Positions 1-9,915 of a DNA stretch of 32,000 nucleotides are shown piece after piece (within the stretch, counting starts at the first letter, position 1; every line of letters starts with the position of its first letter). Made by a program: the position numbers and the translations under genes. The stretch comes from Promethearchaeia archaeon (lineage in GTDB: Archaea > Asgardarchaeota > Lokiarchaeia > Sigyniarchaeales > SOKP01). Location of the stretch: positions 1 through 32,000 of the forward strand of contig JAWOFX010000089.1 in assembly GCA_046497275.1 (NCBI GenBank), read 5' to 3'. The notes beneath the pieces were generated by a model. That model worked only from the letters and a program-made list of their open reading frames with translations. It was not told the DNA's origin and made no database searches.

Positions 1-880
1 CTTCCCGGGGGCGTGGTGCTTGCATTAAATATATGGAAATCCAAACTAAGAGTGTGAAATAACCAGAATGCCATATTAAAAAACCAAAACCCCAATCACT
101 ATACAATCTAGTAACATTTATTATTGAAAATGCATCAATTATCGCGCTTAAACCTGTTTTAATAGCAGGTATCCCCGTTTCTATTTGATTAATTGCGTCA
201 GCCCAGATTCCCGGTAAATTAAGGAATACCATAAAAATACTATAAATTATACACCAAATAAAAATTATCAAGGTGGATACCCGTAGCATTTTAATTTTTT
301 CTGCTTTTTCTTTATCTTTTATCGATAAAACGCGGCGTAGCTGTAATATTACAAGTGGGAGGATTGAAATGAAACCAACCAACCATAAAGTCTCTTCAAT
401 TGCGAATAAAAGTTCTGATTTGGTGATTAATCCACTAGTAGCAAAGAACTGTGCTAGAAAGATACAGATTACTAAAATATATGGACTTTTTGTGTTTATA
501 AAGGATGTTAATTTATTTTGACGAGTTTTTTTCGCAGGGGGTAAATAATTGTTAAATTTTATCATTGCGAATGCAATTAACCCACTAAATGAAAGTTCGG
601 CTGCCATAGCAAATAATCGTACCAAGAGAGCACTATTCATTATGAGATCAAACCAAGCGAGTTGAGGACCATATTTTGAGACAAAAACCGATCGATAAAG
701 CCCGACTAACGTAAATATTACTCCCATAATTCGCATCCAATTTCGATATTTTGAATCTTTCCCATCATTTGAGATTAGAGAATGTTTATAAACAATTCCA
801 CAAACTACTATATTTACCAAGTTAATAATCACCATAATGGTCCACCAAGGCCATGCCCAAAGTTCGTTTAAATCACTCAT
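1..880 (-). CDS. Uncharacterised ~7-TM integral membrane protein, 3' end runs off the window (not in the ORF track)
   Basis: Manual translation from ATG at 880 (MSDLNELWAWPWWTIMVIINLVNIVVCG...WHSGYFTLLVWISIYLMQAPRPRE) is open for 293 codons to the window edge and has seven hydrophobic segments. Confidence 0.85.
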   Translation of the reverse strand, partial: MSDLNELWAWPWWTIMVIINLVNIVVCGIVYKHSLISNDGKDSKYRNWMRIMGVIFTLVGLYRSVFVSKYGPQLAWFDLIMNSALLVRLFAMAAELSFSGLIAFAMIKFNNYLPPAKKTRQNKLTSFINTKSPYILVICIFLAQFFATSGLITKSELLFAIEETLWLVGFISILPLVILQLRRVLSIKDKEKAEKIKMLRVSTLIIFIWCIIYSIFMVFLNLPGIWADAINQIETGIPAIKTGLSAIIDAFSIINVTRLYSDWGFGFLIWHSGYFTLLVWISIYLMQAPRPRE

Positions 881-1233
881 ATTATAATACCTTTAAATTA
901 AATCTTTTTATTTCAATTAGTTAAATATTTATCTCTCAAATTATATAAATTTTTATTCGTATCTCAATAGAGGATTATAATAATGAAATTTATAGAACTA
1001 TATTCATATAAATTAGAGATTTGAAATGGATTTTTATTAATAATAATTAAAAAAACCGTATGAAATTCTTCTATAATCTCTATTATTAATTGCTATAAAG
1101 ATTCTTATTAATATCCACATACTATTTTCAGAGAAAACTTTTTAAATTAAACAATAATCATCTTCATTCAATAATTCAAAAAAAAGTAATATAATTTATT
1201 CATAGAAGAAAATCGTTTGAGGAGGTCAAGACG

Positions 1234-2373
1234 ATGTATAATACACCAATTAATATTGGAACATTGCAAGTTAAAAATCGTTTCGTGCGATCAGCAACCT
1301 TTGAAGGAATGGCCCATGAGGGAGAAATTACCAGTAAACATTTAGAATTGTATAAAAATCTCGCTGAAGGAGGTGTCGGTTTAATTATAACTGGTTATGC
1401 TTATGTTCAAAGAAGTGGTATTGCTTTTGAGGAGATGACTGGAATTAGTGATGATAAATTTATACCAGGTCTTAGAAAAATAGCAGAGATAGTTCATAAA
1501 TATGGTAATAACTGCAAAATTGTAAAACAAATCGTTCACTCTGGTCGACAATCAAGACATCTTTCAAAAACTTTAGCTCCTTCAGCTATTTTAGAGAAAT
1601 TAACTAATAAAATGCCTAAAGAGATGACTAATGAAGAAATAAAGGAGACTATAGAAGCATTTGCTCAAGCAGCACGAAGAGCAAAAGAAGCTGGTTTTGA
1701 TGGAGTTCAATTGCATGGAGCTCACGGATACCTCATTAGTGAATTTCTCTCTCCATATACGAACAAGCGGACTGATGAATATGGAGGAAATACAGAAAAA
1801 AGAATAAAATTTGTTGAGGAAATATATAATAGAACTATAGAATTGGTTGGAGAGCAATTTCCTGTCTTAATTAAAATGAATGGTTCTGATTTTTTAGAAG
1901 GAGGGCTTGAAATAGAAGAATCAAAAAAAATCGCACAGATCTTAGAAAAATTGGGATTCGCTGCACTTGAAATTAGTGTAGGGATGTGGGAAGTTTGCAA
2001 ACGCAGTAAAAAGGAACTTGGTTGGAAACCTACATTTATACCAGAGAGCCGAATGTTTGTAGGCACTAAAAATGATCCCGCTTATAATTTATGTTTTGCA
2101 GAAGAAATAAAAAAAGTGGTAGATATTCCTGTCGGTGTAGTTGGGGGAATAAATTCACTCGATCTGGTGGAAAAAATCTTAAATAAGGGAAGTGCTGACT
2201 TTATCTCGTTATGCAGACCTTTAATACGTGAACCAAATCTACCTAATAGATGGATAAAGGGAATTGGAGATCAAGTTGTTGAATGTGAATATTGTAATGG
2301 ATGTTTATCCAGTGTTGTAACAACAGGCTTACGATGTGTTAAAATATCTCCTTTAGAGAATGAGAATAAATAA
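1234..2373 (+). CDS. NADH:flavin oxidoreductase, Old Yellow Enzyme family, with C-terminal Fe-S motif
   Basis: NRFVRSAT, GGVGLIITG, QIVHSGRQ, GFDGVQLHGAHGYLISEFLSP, NKRTDEYGG, DFISLCRPLIREP; C-terminal CxxCxxC-x10-C. GAGG-type SD upstream. Confidence 0.93.
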   Translation: MYNTPINIGTLQVKNRFVRSATFEGMAHEGEITSKHLELYKNLAEGGVGLIITGYAYVQRSGIAFEEMTGISDDKFIPGLRKIAEIVHKYGNNCKIVKQIVHSGRQSRHLSKTLAPSAILEKLTNKMPKEMTNEEIKETIEAFAQAARRAKEAGFDGVQLHGAHGYLISEFLSPYTNKRTDEYGGNTEKRIKFVEEIYNRTIELVGEQFPVLIKMNGSDFLEGGLEIEESKKIAQILEKLGFAALEISVGMWEVCKRSKKELGWKPTFIPESRMFVGTKNDPAYNLCFAEEIKKVVDIPVGVVGGINSLDLVEKILNKGSADFISLCRPLIREPNLPNRWIKGIGDQVVECEYCNGCLSSVVTTGLRCVKISPLENENK

Positions 2374-2476
2374 ACAGAATATTAAATTTATACTATTTCT
2401 TTTTTAGAATATTATGGTAAACAAAGGATAAGTTAGAATAAAAAAAAAATTTATTAAGTTTAAATATTACAGAAAA

Positions 2477-2788
2477 TTAACTCTCTAATTTCTTTTTCAA
2501 TTTCATCATCAAGGGGAGTACTTTAGTTGCTTCCATAGCCGAAGCAGTTTTAATCATTTTAAACATCCCAGGTTTAGCCATCCTCCATACATTTGTACCT
2601 TGCGCTAACTGCTCTTCAGTCTCAGCTTCTTCTATAGTTATCCCCCAATAATCTGGGGAAACATACCAAGCTATTTGTTTAACACCTTCCACAGGATAAA
2701 GTTTCTTACTTATAAGATTCTGAGCAAGACTAGCCATTTCGGAGGGGTCAAAATCAGGATTCAATTCCCAATATGAAATGAAAATCAT
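2477..2788 (-). CDS. Small DUF3303/GYD-like protein
   Basis: MIFISYWEL...GVKQIAWYVSPDYWGITIEEAETEE pattern. GAGGTG SD supports the ATG at 2788 rather than the track start at 2800. Confidence 0.6.
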   Translation of the reverse strand: MIFISYWELNPDFDPSEMASLAQNLISKKLYPVEGVKQIAWYVSPDYWGITIEEAETEEQLAQGTNVWRMAKPGMFKMIKTASAMEATKVLPLMMKLKKKLES

Positions 2789-3018
2789 CTTATTGAACAC
2801 CTCTACTTTAATTTTAATAGAAATTATAAATTTTTTTTAAAAATTAGATTCCAAGAGAAAAATAAAGTCACTTAAAAATTTAAAGGTTTTCTAAAAATTG
2901 AGTTTTCATAATTTTTCTTGTTAGTTTTAATTTAAAATATAATAACTCAAAAACGAAAATTCAAACGAATAGTAAAATTATATTAACTTATAATTTGTTT
3001 TCGAACAAGGCAAGGAAA

Positions 3019-4335
3019 ATGAAACAGAAAATTAAAATAGGAGTTGTATGTTTAGCGAGAAAAACCTTTGATTACAAAGAAGCTGGTAATATTTATAAGA
3101 AAATCCAAGAAGATTTAAAAAAAATCGAAGAAGTCAAATGGAACTTCAAAAATAGGATAATTATTGAAATAGAGGACGCCCAAGTAGCTGCAAATGAATT
3201 AGCTTCGAAACAAATTGATGGTTTGGTGATTATCAGTGGAACCTTTGCTTTAGGGCATTTAGTTTTAGAACTGAATAAACATATTCAAAAACCGATTCTT
3301 TTATGGGGATTATATGAATTACCGTATGATGGAGGTAGAATACGTTTAAATTCAGTTTGCGGCGTAAATTTAAATGCTTCAAATCTTTATAAGTCAGATG
3401 TGAAAAATTTCCATGTAGTAATTGGAAATAAGATAGATGAAGATTGGATAGATGCGATCCGTATTATAAAAGCGATTTCAGAAGCGTATATTGGTGTCCT
3501 CGGCTCTAGAGCACATGGATTCTTTAATCTTGATGTGGATGAATTAGATTTATATAATGAACTAGGAGTTTTAATAGATTATTATCAACTAAGCGATGTG
3601 TTCAACCAAGAAATTGATGATTATAAACGTCCAGAAAGAAAAAGGCAACTTGAAGGGATTTTTGATCTTTCTGATCTTAACAAAAATCAAATCGAAAAAG
3701 TAGTTGAATTGATTCTTAAATTTGAGACTTTTATGGAAAATAACAATTTAACCTCTTTAGCCGTGAGATGTTGGCCTGAATTTGCTGATAAATTTGGAAT
3801 TTCCCCTTGTGCTGCCATGTCTGTATTACAAGCGGATAATAAGATATTAACATGCGAAGGCGATATATTAGGGAGCCTTTCAATGCTCGCGCATGCTGCA
3901 GTCGGCGGAAAAACTCCCTTTTTAGCTGATTTTTCTCAAGTTGACTTCAAAGAAGATTTTGCGCTTTTATGGCATTGTGGAGTCGCTGCATATAATCTTT
4001 GGGATGGTAGATGTGCTAGATCATTAGATTCATACTTTGCTGGTGGAAAGGGTGTTACAGCAGATTTTGTTATGAAATCGGGAGAATTATCACTTTTGAG
4101 ATTTGATTATGCTCTTGGAGAATACCGCATATTCATCCAAAAGGGAAAGGCGATTCCTATGGAGAAAAAATTGAAGGGAACATATGCAAAGGTAAAATTT
4201 TCAGATCATATTAAAGTAGTATTGGATAAAATAATCCAAAATGGTATTGCACATCACATCTCTGTAGTATATGGTAATTTTATAAGACCATTAGAAATAT
4301 TCGCCAAAATAATGGGTTGGAATATAATAAAATAA
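3019..4335 (+). CDS. L-fucose/L-arabinose isomerase family protein
   Basis: SGTFALG, NSVCG, AVRCWPEF, CEGDILG, WHCG and C-terminal AHHISVVYG motifs. ATG at 3019 is preferred over the TTG at 2995. Confidence 0.85.
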   Translation: MKQKIKIGVVCLARKTFDYKEAGNIYKKIQEDLKKIEEVKWNFKNRIIIEIEDAQVAANELASKQIDGLVIISGTFALGHLVLELNKHIQKPILLWGLYELPYDGGRIRLNSVCGVNLNASNLYKSDVKNFHVVIGNKIDEDWIDAIRIIKAISEAYIGVLGSRAHGFFNLDVDELDLYNELGVLIDYYQLSDVFNQEIDDYKRPERKRQLEGIFDLSDLNKNQIEKVVELILKFETFMENNNLTSLAVRCWPEFADKFGISPCAAMSVLQADNKILTCEGDILGSLSMLAHAAVGGKTPFLADFSQVDFKEDFALLWHCGVAAYNLWDGRCARSLDSYFAGGKGVTADFVMKSGELSLLRFDYALGEYRIFIQKGKAIPMEKKLKGTYAKVKFSDHIKVVLDKIIQNGIAHHISVVYGNFIRPLEIFAKIMGWNIIK

Positions 4336-4349
4336 AAAAAATAATAAAA

Positions 4350-5729
4350 TTAAAGATTTAGCTTATCTAATTCTTCGATATTTTTCTCTAATTGTTCTTG
4401 TGTAATTTTATATAGTTTCCAGAATCCTATAGTACCTAAACCCATCACCAATAAGGGAAATATAGACATATAAATCCTTATTCCTAGTTCATATCCTGCT
4501 AATATTGTAAAAACATAATAGAAAAATAGCCATACAAAATAAGATGTTCTCTGGAAAAAGACCACTATACCTCTATAAAAGCTCTCTTCACGTTTCCTAT
4601 TTTCTAATGCGGTTTTATCTACAATCGAAGAATAAACAGGGGAATTCATACTTTCTACAGCTCCATCGACTATTCCCGTTAGACTTGCAACAACGAATGT
4701 AAAGATAAACCCTGTCCACCCCGAAGGTGCAAATAAAAGAGGTATTCCCGAAACTGCTAGAAAAGCAGCACCAATAAGTAAAACTTTTCTTACTCCTAAT
4801 TTGTTGGAGATCTTATACCAAATAGGTGCACTTATAGGAACAAATATTATATAGCCTAGAAACGCTAATTCTCCTAAAGTTTCTCCCACATTTATAATGT
4901 CTTCTGCAAAAGATGTCATAACGCCCATAATGCCACCCATGGTAATTGAGTAACAAACAAAAAGTATAAGATATCCCAAAAAATCCCTATTCTTTGAAGC
5001 TATTTTCAGATCCTCTATAATGTTAGTATATTCGAACCTATCAAGTTTAATCTGTCGTTCCCGCACTTCTTTCGGTTCTCTTACTCCTGGAATCATTAAA
5101 ATAACTAAAAAGAATGATATAATTGATAAAACCACCGCTTGCATGCTATAGCCAAATACAGTCTTTCCAAAAATACCTAATATAAGACTAGGTAAGAGAA
5201 ATCCTAATGCAATTCCAATTGTGTCTAATATTGCCTCGATAAATCCCGCAAGCTTTCTCTCCTCATCAGTGATAAATTTTTTTGGAAACAATCCCCACCT
5301 ATTTACGTCCATAATAGAGAAAAAAGTATCAAACAGTATTATAAACATTAAAAACCAAACAAACATAGCAGTTTGATATCCAAGAAATGGATTCGTGAAG
5401 ATAAATATCAACATCAGAGTAAACGGAAAAGCTCCGATCATAATGAATGGAAACCTTTTCCCCCAACGTTCTACGAATCTTGTAGATCTATCACATAAGT
5501 GCCCGATAATAGGATCATTAAACATATTATAAACCGTAAAAATGGCGAATGCTGATAGAAAAAGAAGTGGATTTAAGTTTAGAACGTCTTGATTAAACTC
5601 TAAAATACGATTTCGAAACCCCTGGTTGATCATGAACCATATTAAGTTTCCAAGTTGAAACGAGGCGATTATTCCTATTGAGTTTCGCTTTTTCTTAGGT
5701 TTATCTTCATTTCTGGTAGATTCATTCAT
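4350..5729 (-). CDS. MFS transporter, GPH/MelB-like (sugar:cation symporter type)
   Basis: About 12 hydrophobic helices; NDPIIGHLCDR...RWGKRFPFI motif; second-half KLGVRK loop; YSSIVDKT...R.E.FY motif. Confidence 0.88.
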   Translation of the reverse strand: MNESTRNEDKPKKKRNSIGIIASFQLGNLIWFMINQGFRNRILEFNQDVLNLNPLLFLSAFAIFTVYNMFNDPIIGHLCDRSTRFVERWGKRFPFIMIGAFPFTLMLIFIFTNPFLGYQTAMFVWFLMFIILFDTFFSIMDVNRWGLFPKKFITDEERKLAGFIEAILDTIGIALGFLLPSLILGIFGKTVFGYSMQAVVLSIISFFLVILMIPGVREPKEVRERQIKLDRFEYTNIIEDLKIASKNRDFLGYLILFVCYSITMGGIMGVMTSFAEDIINVGETLGELAFLGYIIFVPISAPIWYKISNKLGVRKVLLIGAAFLAVSGIPLLFAPSGWTGFIFTFVVASLTGIVDGAVESMNSPVYSSIVDKTALENRKREESFYRGIVVFFQRTSYFVWLFFYYVFTILAGYELGIRIYMSIFPLLVMGLGTIGFWKLYKITQEQLEKNIEELDKLNL

Positions 5730-5935
5730 AATATAAACTCTATTTTTATTATATTTATAAATTTATGATATGTGTTGTTTTCTTTTATTTAAAAAAATTG
5801 TCTTTAATCTGAGCAATTTTTACCTTTTTAGAAATATTTGAAATATTAGTCTATTATGATTCAATTAAACTAATCCTTATCATATTTTTATTTCAAGTCT
5901 TTAGAATTAAATAAAAAGAATACTATGAATTTAAT

Positions 5936-6169
5936 ATGAAGCCCCCTATATGTTGTATTTGTCATAAAAGGATAAAGAATTTTGAAAATGCGGGATTAGT
6001 TAGTTTTAAAAAAAGGCCTTCAGATATAGAATGGGAAGAGGAAATGGAAAGGGAAGGAAAGGTTGGGCATCCTCCCTATGCGGATTGGTTTTGTGAACAG
6101 CATTATTCGAGAGCTAAAGAATTGAGCTCACTTCCTATTCATGAAGCAATAAAGAAATTTAATGATTAA
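5936..6169 (+). CDS. Small putative zinc-binding protein
   Basis: 77 aa with CCxC at the N-terminus and WFCxxH near the C-terminus; coding-like composition between AT-rich spacers. Confidence 0.65.
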   Translation: MKPPICCICHKRIKNFENAGLVSFKKRPSDIEWEEEMEREGKVGHPPYADWFCEQHYSRAKELSSLPIHEAIKKFND

Positions 6170-6288
6170 ACATTTTTAAAATACTTCTTAATTTTGTCTT
6201 ATAAAAAAAGGAGTAAGGAGAAAAGTATACCAGATTATTTATAAATATTTTCTTGTCCTATTATATCAAATAATTTAAGTGGATATTT

Positions 6289-9036
6289 ATGAAATCATTG
6301 AAAAAATCTTTGTTTTTCAGTATCATATTAAGCCTATTTCTTTTATCTAGTTCCATATTTTTTAAGAGTTTCTCAAATAATTTTAATAATCTTGATTGGG
6401 ATAAGAGTATAGATATAGCAGAATTATCTTACAATATAGAAAAAGAATTTTTTAATGGAACTGGGTCTAATTTAAACGTATCTCTTTTTGGTAATAGAAC
6501 TCAATCTTTTGAAAATTTAAATATTAAAAATGATAATCTTCTAATTTCTAATGAAATTAGTGGGTGGAATCTTTCACAATATAAATTGAATTTTTCTGAA
6601 ATTAAAGCGGAAAAAGAATATGTAAAATTTGAAACGAGGAATGATGGCTCCTTAGAATTCTCTAAACAAAATATATTCTATGCTATGTCTTTTAGAATTC
6701 CAAATACATGTCTTCTTGAAAATCTGTCGATTTTTCTTCAATATCCAGGTGGTACAGGTCCAGGTGGTTTTAATGCGGATTCAACTTTTAAAGTCACAGT
6801 ATATAATTCAACGAAAAATTTAGGATATTTAGAGCCTCATGTACCAATTCATCAATTAGAGGATGAAGTAAATTTTGATCTGTCGGATAAAAATGTTACA
6901 CAACCAGCTAAATGGTATCAAGCAAATTTTAAAAATAGAATATTAAATATCTCAAAAACAGACAATAATACTTTTTTCGCCGTCTTTCAGTCATTAAAAT
7001 ATCCAAGTGGAATTTTTGGAAGTCCGGGCGCTTATATATATTATGCTGAAGAACAAAAATCTGATAAGTATAATATTACCTTCTATGAGAAAACTAGTTT
7101 ATTTTCAAGCTGGGATTTAATTGATCAAAAAAATGGAATGTTTAAAGTGAATCTTGCGCCTTTAAATACAATTGCTAAACCTCAAGAAATAAATTTGACT
7201 GTATTTAATAAACCAGTTAAAAATGATGGAATATACAATAATGGATCTTTTTTCCCCCATTTGAACAATGAGTTTCATGTTCCGATTCATTCTCCTTGGT
7301 TTGGAAATGTTATAGTTAATATGAGTTTTGAAGGCAAATTTCGATTTGATACTAAATCAACTAATTATTTTAGAGCAGTAAACGGATCCGATGTGTTATG
7401 GAATTCTACTTTAGAAATACAAGAATATAATACAGATTTTTACAATAAAACGGCAAAATTCTACAAACCTAATTATTGGATTTTTCAACAAGCTTACAAT
7501 AATTCAAACATATCTAATACCGCAAGAGTTTTTTCCAAATATATTGAAATTAAAGATATCTCTAACGATAAATTGATAATACTTTATAATCAAAGGAATA
7601 ATATTATAAATCCTACTTATTTTGCTTCACCAGATAAAAAAAATTGGGAAAATTTTGAGGAAAAAGAGTTTATAAACGCATCTGATTATATCAATATTAC
7701 ATCAACCTTCAATAATTCAAATGGAGTTGCTCTACTGTACGTTTATTTAGGAGATAATAATCAGGAAAGTTTAGCAATAAATCAAGATTTAACCGAGAAT
7801 TTCCTTAATTTTCCTTTATGGCGACCAAAGTATAATACTTCAATTTTAGAGAACAATACTATTACAAAAATTAATATCATGACAAATAATGGTACAATGG
7901 CGGGTATTTTATCAAAAACGGTGAGGATACATCTATATAAAAATCAAACAAATCTTCAGCTAACTTCAAATCTTAAGACTTCATATGTTTATGGTGAGGA
8001 ACTCAACATAGAAGCCATACTGACAAGTGATCAAAATCCAATAATTGGTGAAATCATTCATTTTAAAATAATCGAGACTTATTCAGGAGGAATACAAAAT
8101 GAAATAATCATAAATGATACAACGGATGATGAAGGTTTAGCACGAATCAGTTATTCAATCAAGAATAATCTGGAATCTATTAGATTAAGCGCATATTATT
8201 ATGGCAATATTGATTATGAGACTGCTGAATTTTCAATTTCTCCATTAATAATAAGATCCCAACTAGAACAATTTTTTATAGATTTTTTACCATTTTTCAT
8301 TATCTTCATTGGTGTAATCGTGGGTTTGGTGTCATATTTTACCATTAAAAAGCATAAATTCAAAAAGAACATGGAGATATGGGAGAAAAAAACACAATTA
8401 TTTGCTGATGTATTAAAAATTGATTTAATTCTGGTAATTCATAAGCTAAGTGGCTCTACGCTTATTCAGAAAAGTTTTGGCGATATTCCTATTGATGGAA
8501 ATTTAATAAGTGGCTTTTTACAAGCAGTTAGTTCATTTAAATACGAGATTAAGAAAGAAACAGAAAAATCAGAGCAAGAAACTATTTTATTGGATTACCA
8601 AGATTATAATATTCTTTTAAAAGACGAAGAATTTATCAGAGTTGCTTTAATTCTTAATTCAGAACCATCAAAAAATTTAAAGAAGTCGCTTAATGAATTT
8701 ACTATTGATTTCGAAAAAAAATATTATAAGGATTTGAAACAGTTTAGAGGAAAAATTACTCCTTTCCAAGAATACTTCATGGAATTAGTTAACAAGCATT
8801 TTGAAATGTCATTCATTAACCCCCACAAAATCAATGAGAATCCTCCGAATATTTCTATAAATTCATTTCAAAATAGAATTTTGAATGTAGCAAAAACTTT
8901 ACAGAGTGAGGCAGGAGATTTTTATATAAGTCGCCTTTTAAATTATTTGATTTCTGCAAATCCAGATGAACCTAAAGAACGATTTATCGCAAATATTTAT
9001 GATTTAAAAGAATATGGATTTATGGAGTCTATTTAA
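6289..9036 (+). CDS. Large single-pass surface protein: signal/anchor, Asn-rich ectodomain, TM helix, cytoplasmic longin-like domain and probable winged helix
   Basis: Hydrophobic N-terminus, about 27 N-x-S/T sequons before the TM (FLPFFIIFIGVIVGLVSYFTI). Cytoplasmic part LILVIHKLSG...LISGFLQAVSSF..EI...LDYQDYNILL.....IRVALIL...L.EF...FE..Y fits the longin-like pattern. Confidence 0.75.
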   Translation: MKSLKKSLFFSIILSLFLLSSSIFFKSFSNNFNNLDWDKSIDIAELSYNIEKEFFNGTGSNLNVSLFGNRTQSFENLNIKNDNLLISNEISGWNLSQYKLNFSEIKAEKEYVKFETRNDGSLEFSKQNIFYAMSFRIPNTCLLENLSIFLQYPGGTGPGGFNADSTFKVTVYNSTKNLGYLEPHVPIHQLEDEVNFDLSDKNVTQPAKWYQANFKNRILNISKTDNNTFFAVFQSLKYPSGIFGSPGAYIYYAEEQKSDKYNITFYEKTSLFSSWDLIDQKNGMFKVNLAPLNTIAKPQEINLTVFNKPVKNDGIYNNGSFFPHLNNEFHVPIHSPWFGNVIVNMSFEGKFRFDTKSTNYFRAVNGSDVLWNSTLEIQEYNTDFYNKTAKFYKPNYWIFQQAYNNSNISNTARVFSKYIEIKDISNDKLIILYNQRNNIINPTYFASPDKKNWENFEEKEFINASDYINITSTFNNSNGVALLYVYLGDNNQESLAINQDLTENFLNFPLWRPKYNTSILENNTITKINIMTNNGTMAGILSKTVRIHLYKNQTNLQLTSNLKTSYVYGEELNIEAILTSDQNPIIGEIIHFKIIETYSGGIQNEIIINDTTDDEGLARISYSIKNNLESIRLSAYYYGNIDYETAEFSISPLIIRSQLEQFFIDFLPFFIIFIGVIVGLVSYFTIKKHKFKKNMEIWEKKTQLFADVLKIDLILVIHKLSGSTLIQKSFGDIPIDGNLISGFLQAVSSFKYEIKKETEKSEQETILLDYQDYNILLKDEEFIRVALILNSEPSKNLKKSLNEFTIDFEKKYYKDLKQFRGKITPFQEYFMELVNKHFEMSFINPHKINENPPNISINSFQNRILNVAKTLQSEAGDFYISRLLNYLISANPDEPKERFIANIYDLKEYGFMESI

Positions 9037-9802
9037 ACTCAAAGCTAGTCTTTATCAATTTTTTTTTATTTATAACGAAATTCCTACTAAAAAGTTTACT
9101 AGAATCCTTGAATACATATCGAATAAATAACCATAACCAACTAAGAATTATTAACATCCAAAGCCATTCCAGATATACAAATGAAAAAATCACATTTACA
9201 TTTAAAGAAAGATAACTAATTAAGATGAATAAAGAAGATACAATCCCATAAATTCCTAGTTTTGCGGGAATTTCTATTTCATATCTAATTATCAACCAAC
9301 TTATGAAAAACGTTAAAAATATAAAACCACCTAAGACTAAGGTTGCAGAGATATCGTGCATATATAAGGGATTCCAGCTCATATTGAAAAGCCCTAAACC
9401 AACAAATCCAGTACTACCAATTAATCCAGAATAAAAACCGAAATGATTAAATAATCTAAAAAATCTTCCATTTTTTAAATAATCCAAAGAATTCTTTAAT
9501 ATTTCATCTCCCTTATAGCGTAGAAAGAAAAAGAAAGGAATTAATAAGATACCTGTAATTATACATGCAGAATTAAATATTATTGGAAGAGGCGTATATT
9601 TAGAAATGCCTAATTGACTGATTAAATTACGAAAAAAGATAAAATTCTTGTTTCCAAAAAGAAAAGCTATAATATTTGCCAAGAAAAAGAGACTTATGAA
9701 AATCTTTATGGCATAGCGGGAGGTTTTTTCTACAAAATAAATATTTCTTATTGCCTTACTAGTTCTAATTTTAATTTTTTCAAGAAAATTTAAAAATTTC
9801 AT
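9029..9802 (-). CDS. DUF998-like multi-pass membrane protein
   Basis: ISQLG....P.PIIFN..CI..G motif; GFVGLGLF; MHDISA; final EWLW helix; ~6 TM. Confidence 0.7.
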   Translation of the reverse strand: MKFLNFLEKIKIRTSKAIRNIYFVEKTSRYAIKIFISLFFLANIIAFLFGNKNFIFFRNLISQLGISKYTPLPIIFNSACIITGILLIPFFFFLRYKGDEILKNSLDYLKNGRFFRLFNHFGFYSGLIGSTGFVGLGLFNMSWNPLYMHDISATLVLGGFIFLTFFISWLIIRYEIEIPAKLGIYGIVSSLFILISYLSLNVNVIFSFVYLEWLWMLIILSWLWLFIRYVFKDSSKLFSRNFVINKKKLIKTSFEFK

Positions 9803-9915
9803 GAAGAAAACCTTTGAAGATCGCTTATCGAATTTAGGTTTTTAAATTATTTATCAAATAAAAAGAAAATGTCTATAATTGACAAACTAAATGAATATGT
9901 AATTTGATTCGAATA

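Noticed and set aside
1-880. Rhodopsin or heliorhodopsin identity for the 7-TM protein
   Set aside because: The seventh helix has no retinal-binding Lys.
983-1017. SECIS mimic ATGA-stem-AGA on the plus strand
   Set aside because: The quartet is out of register by one base, the loop has no unpaired AA, and there is no upstream co-oriented gene with in-frame UGA.
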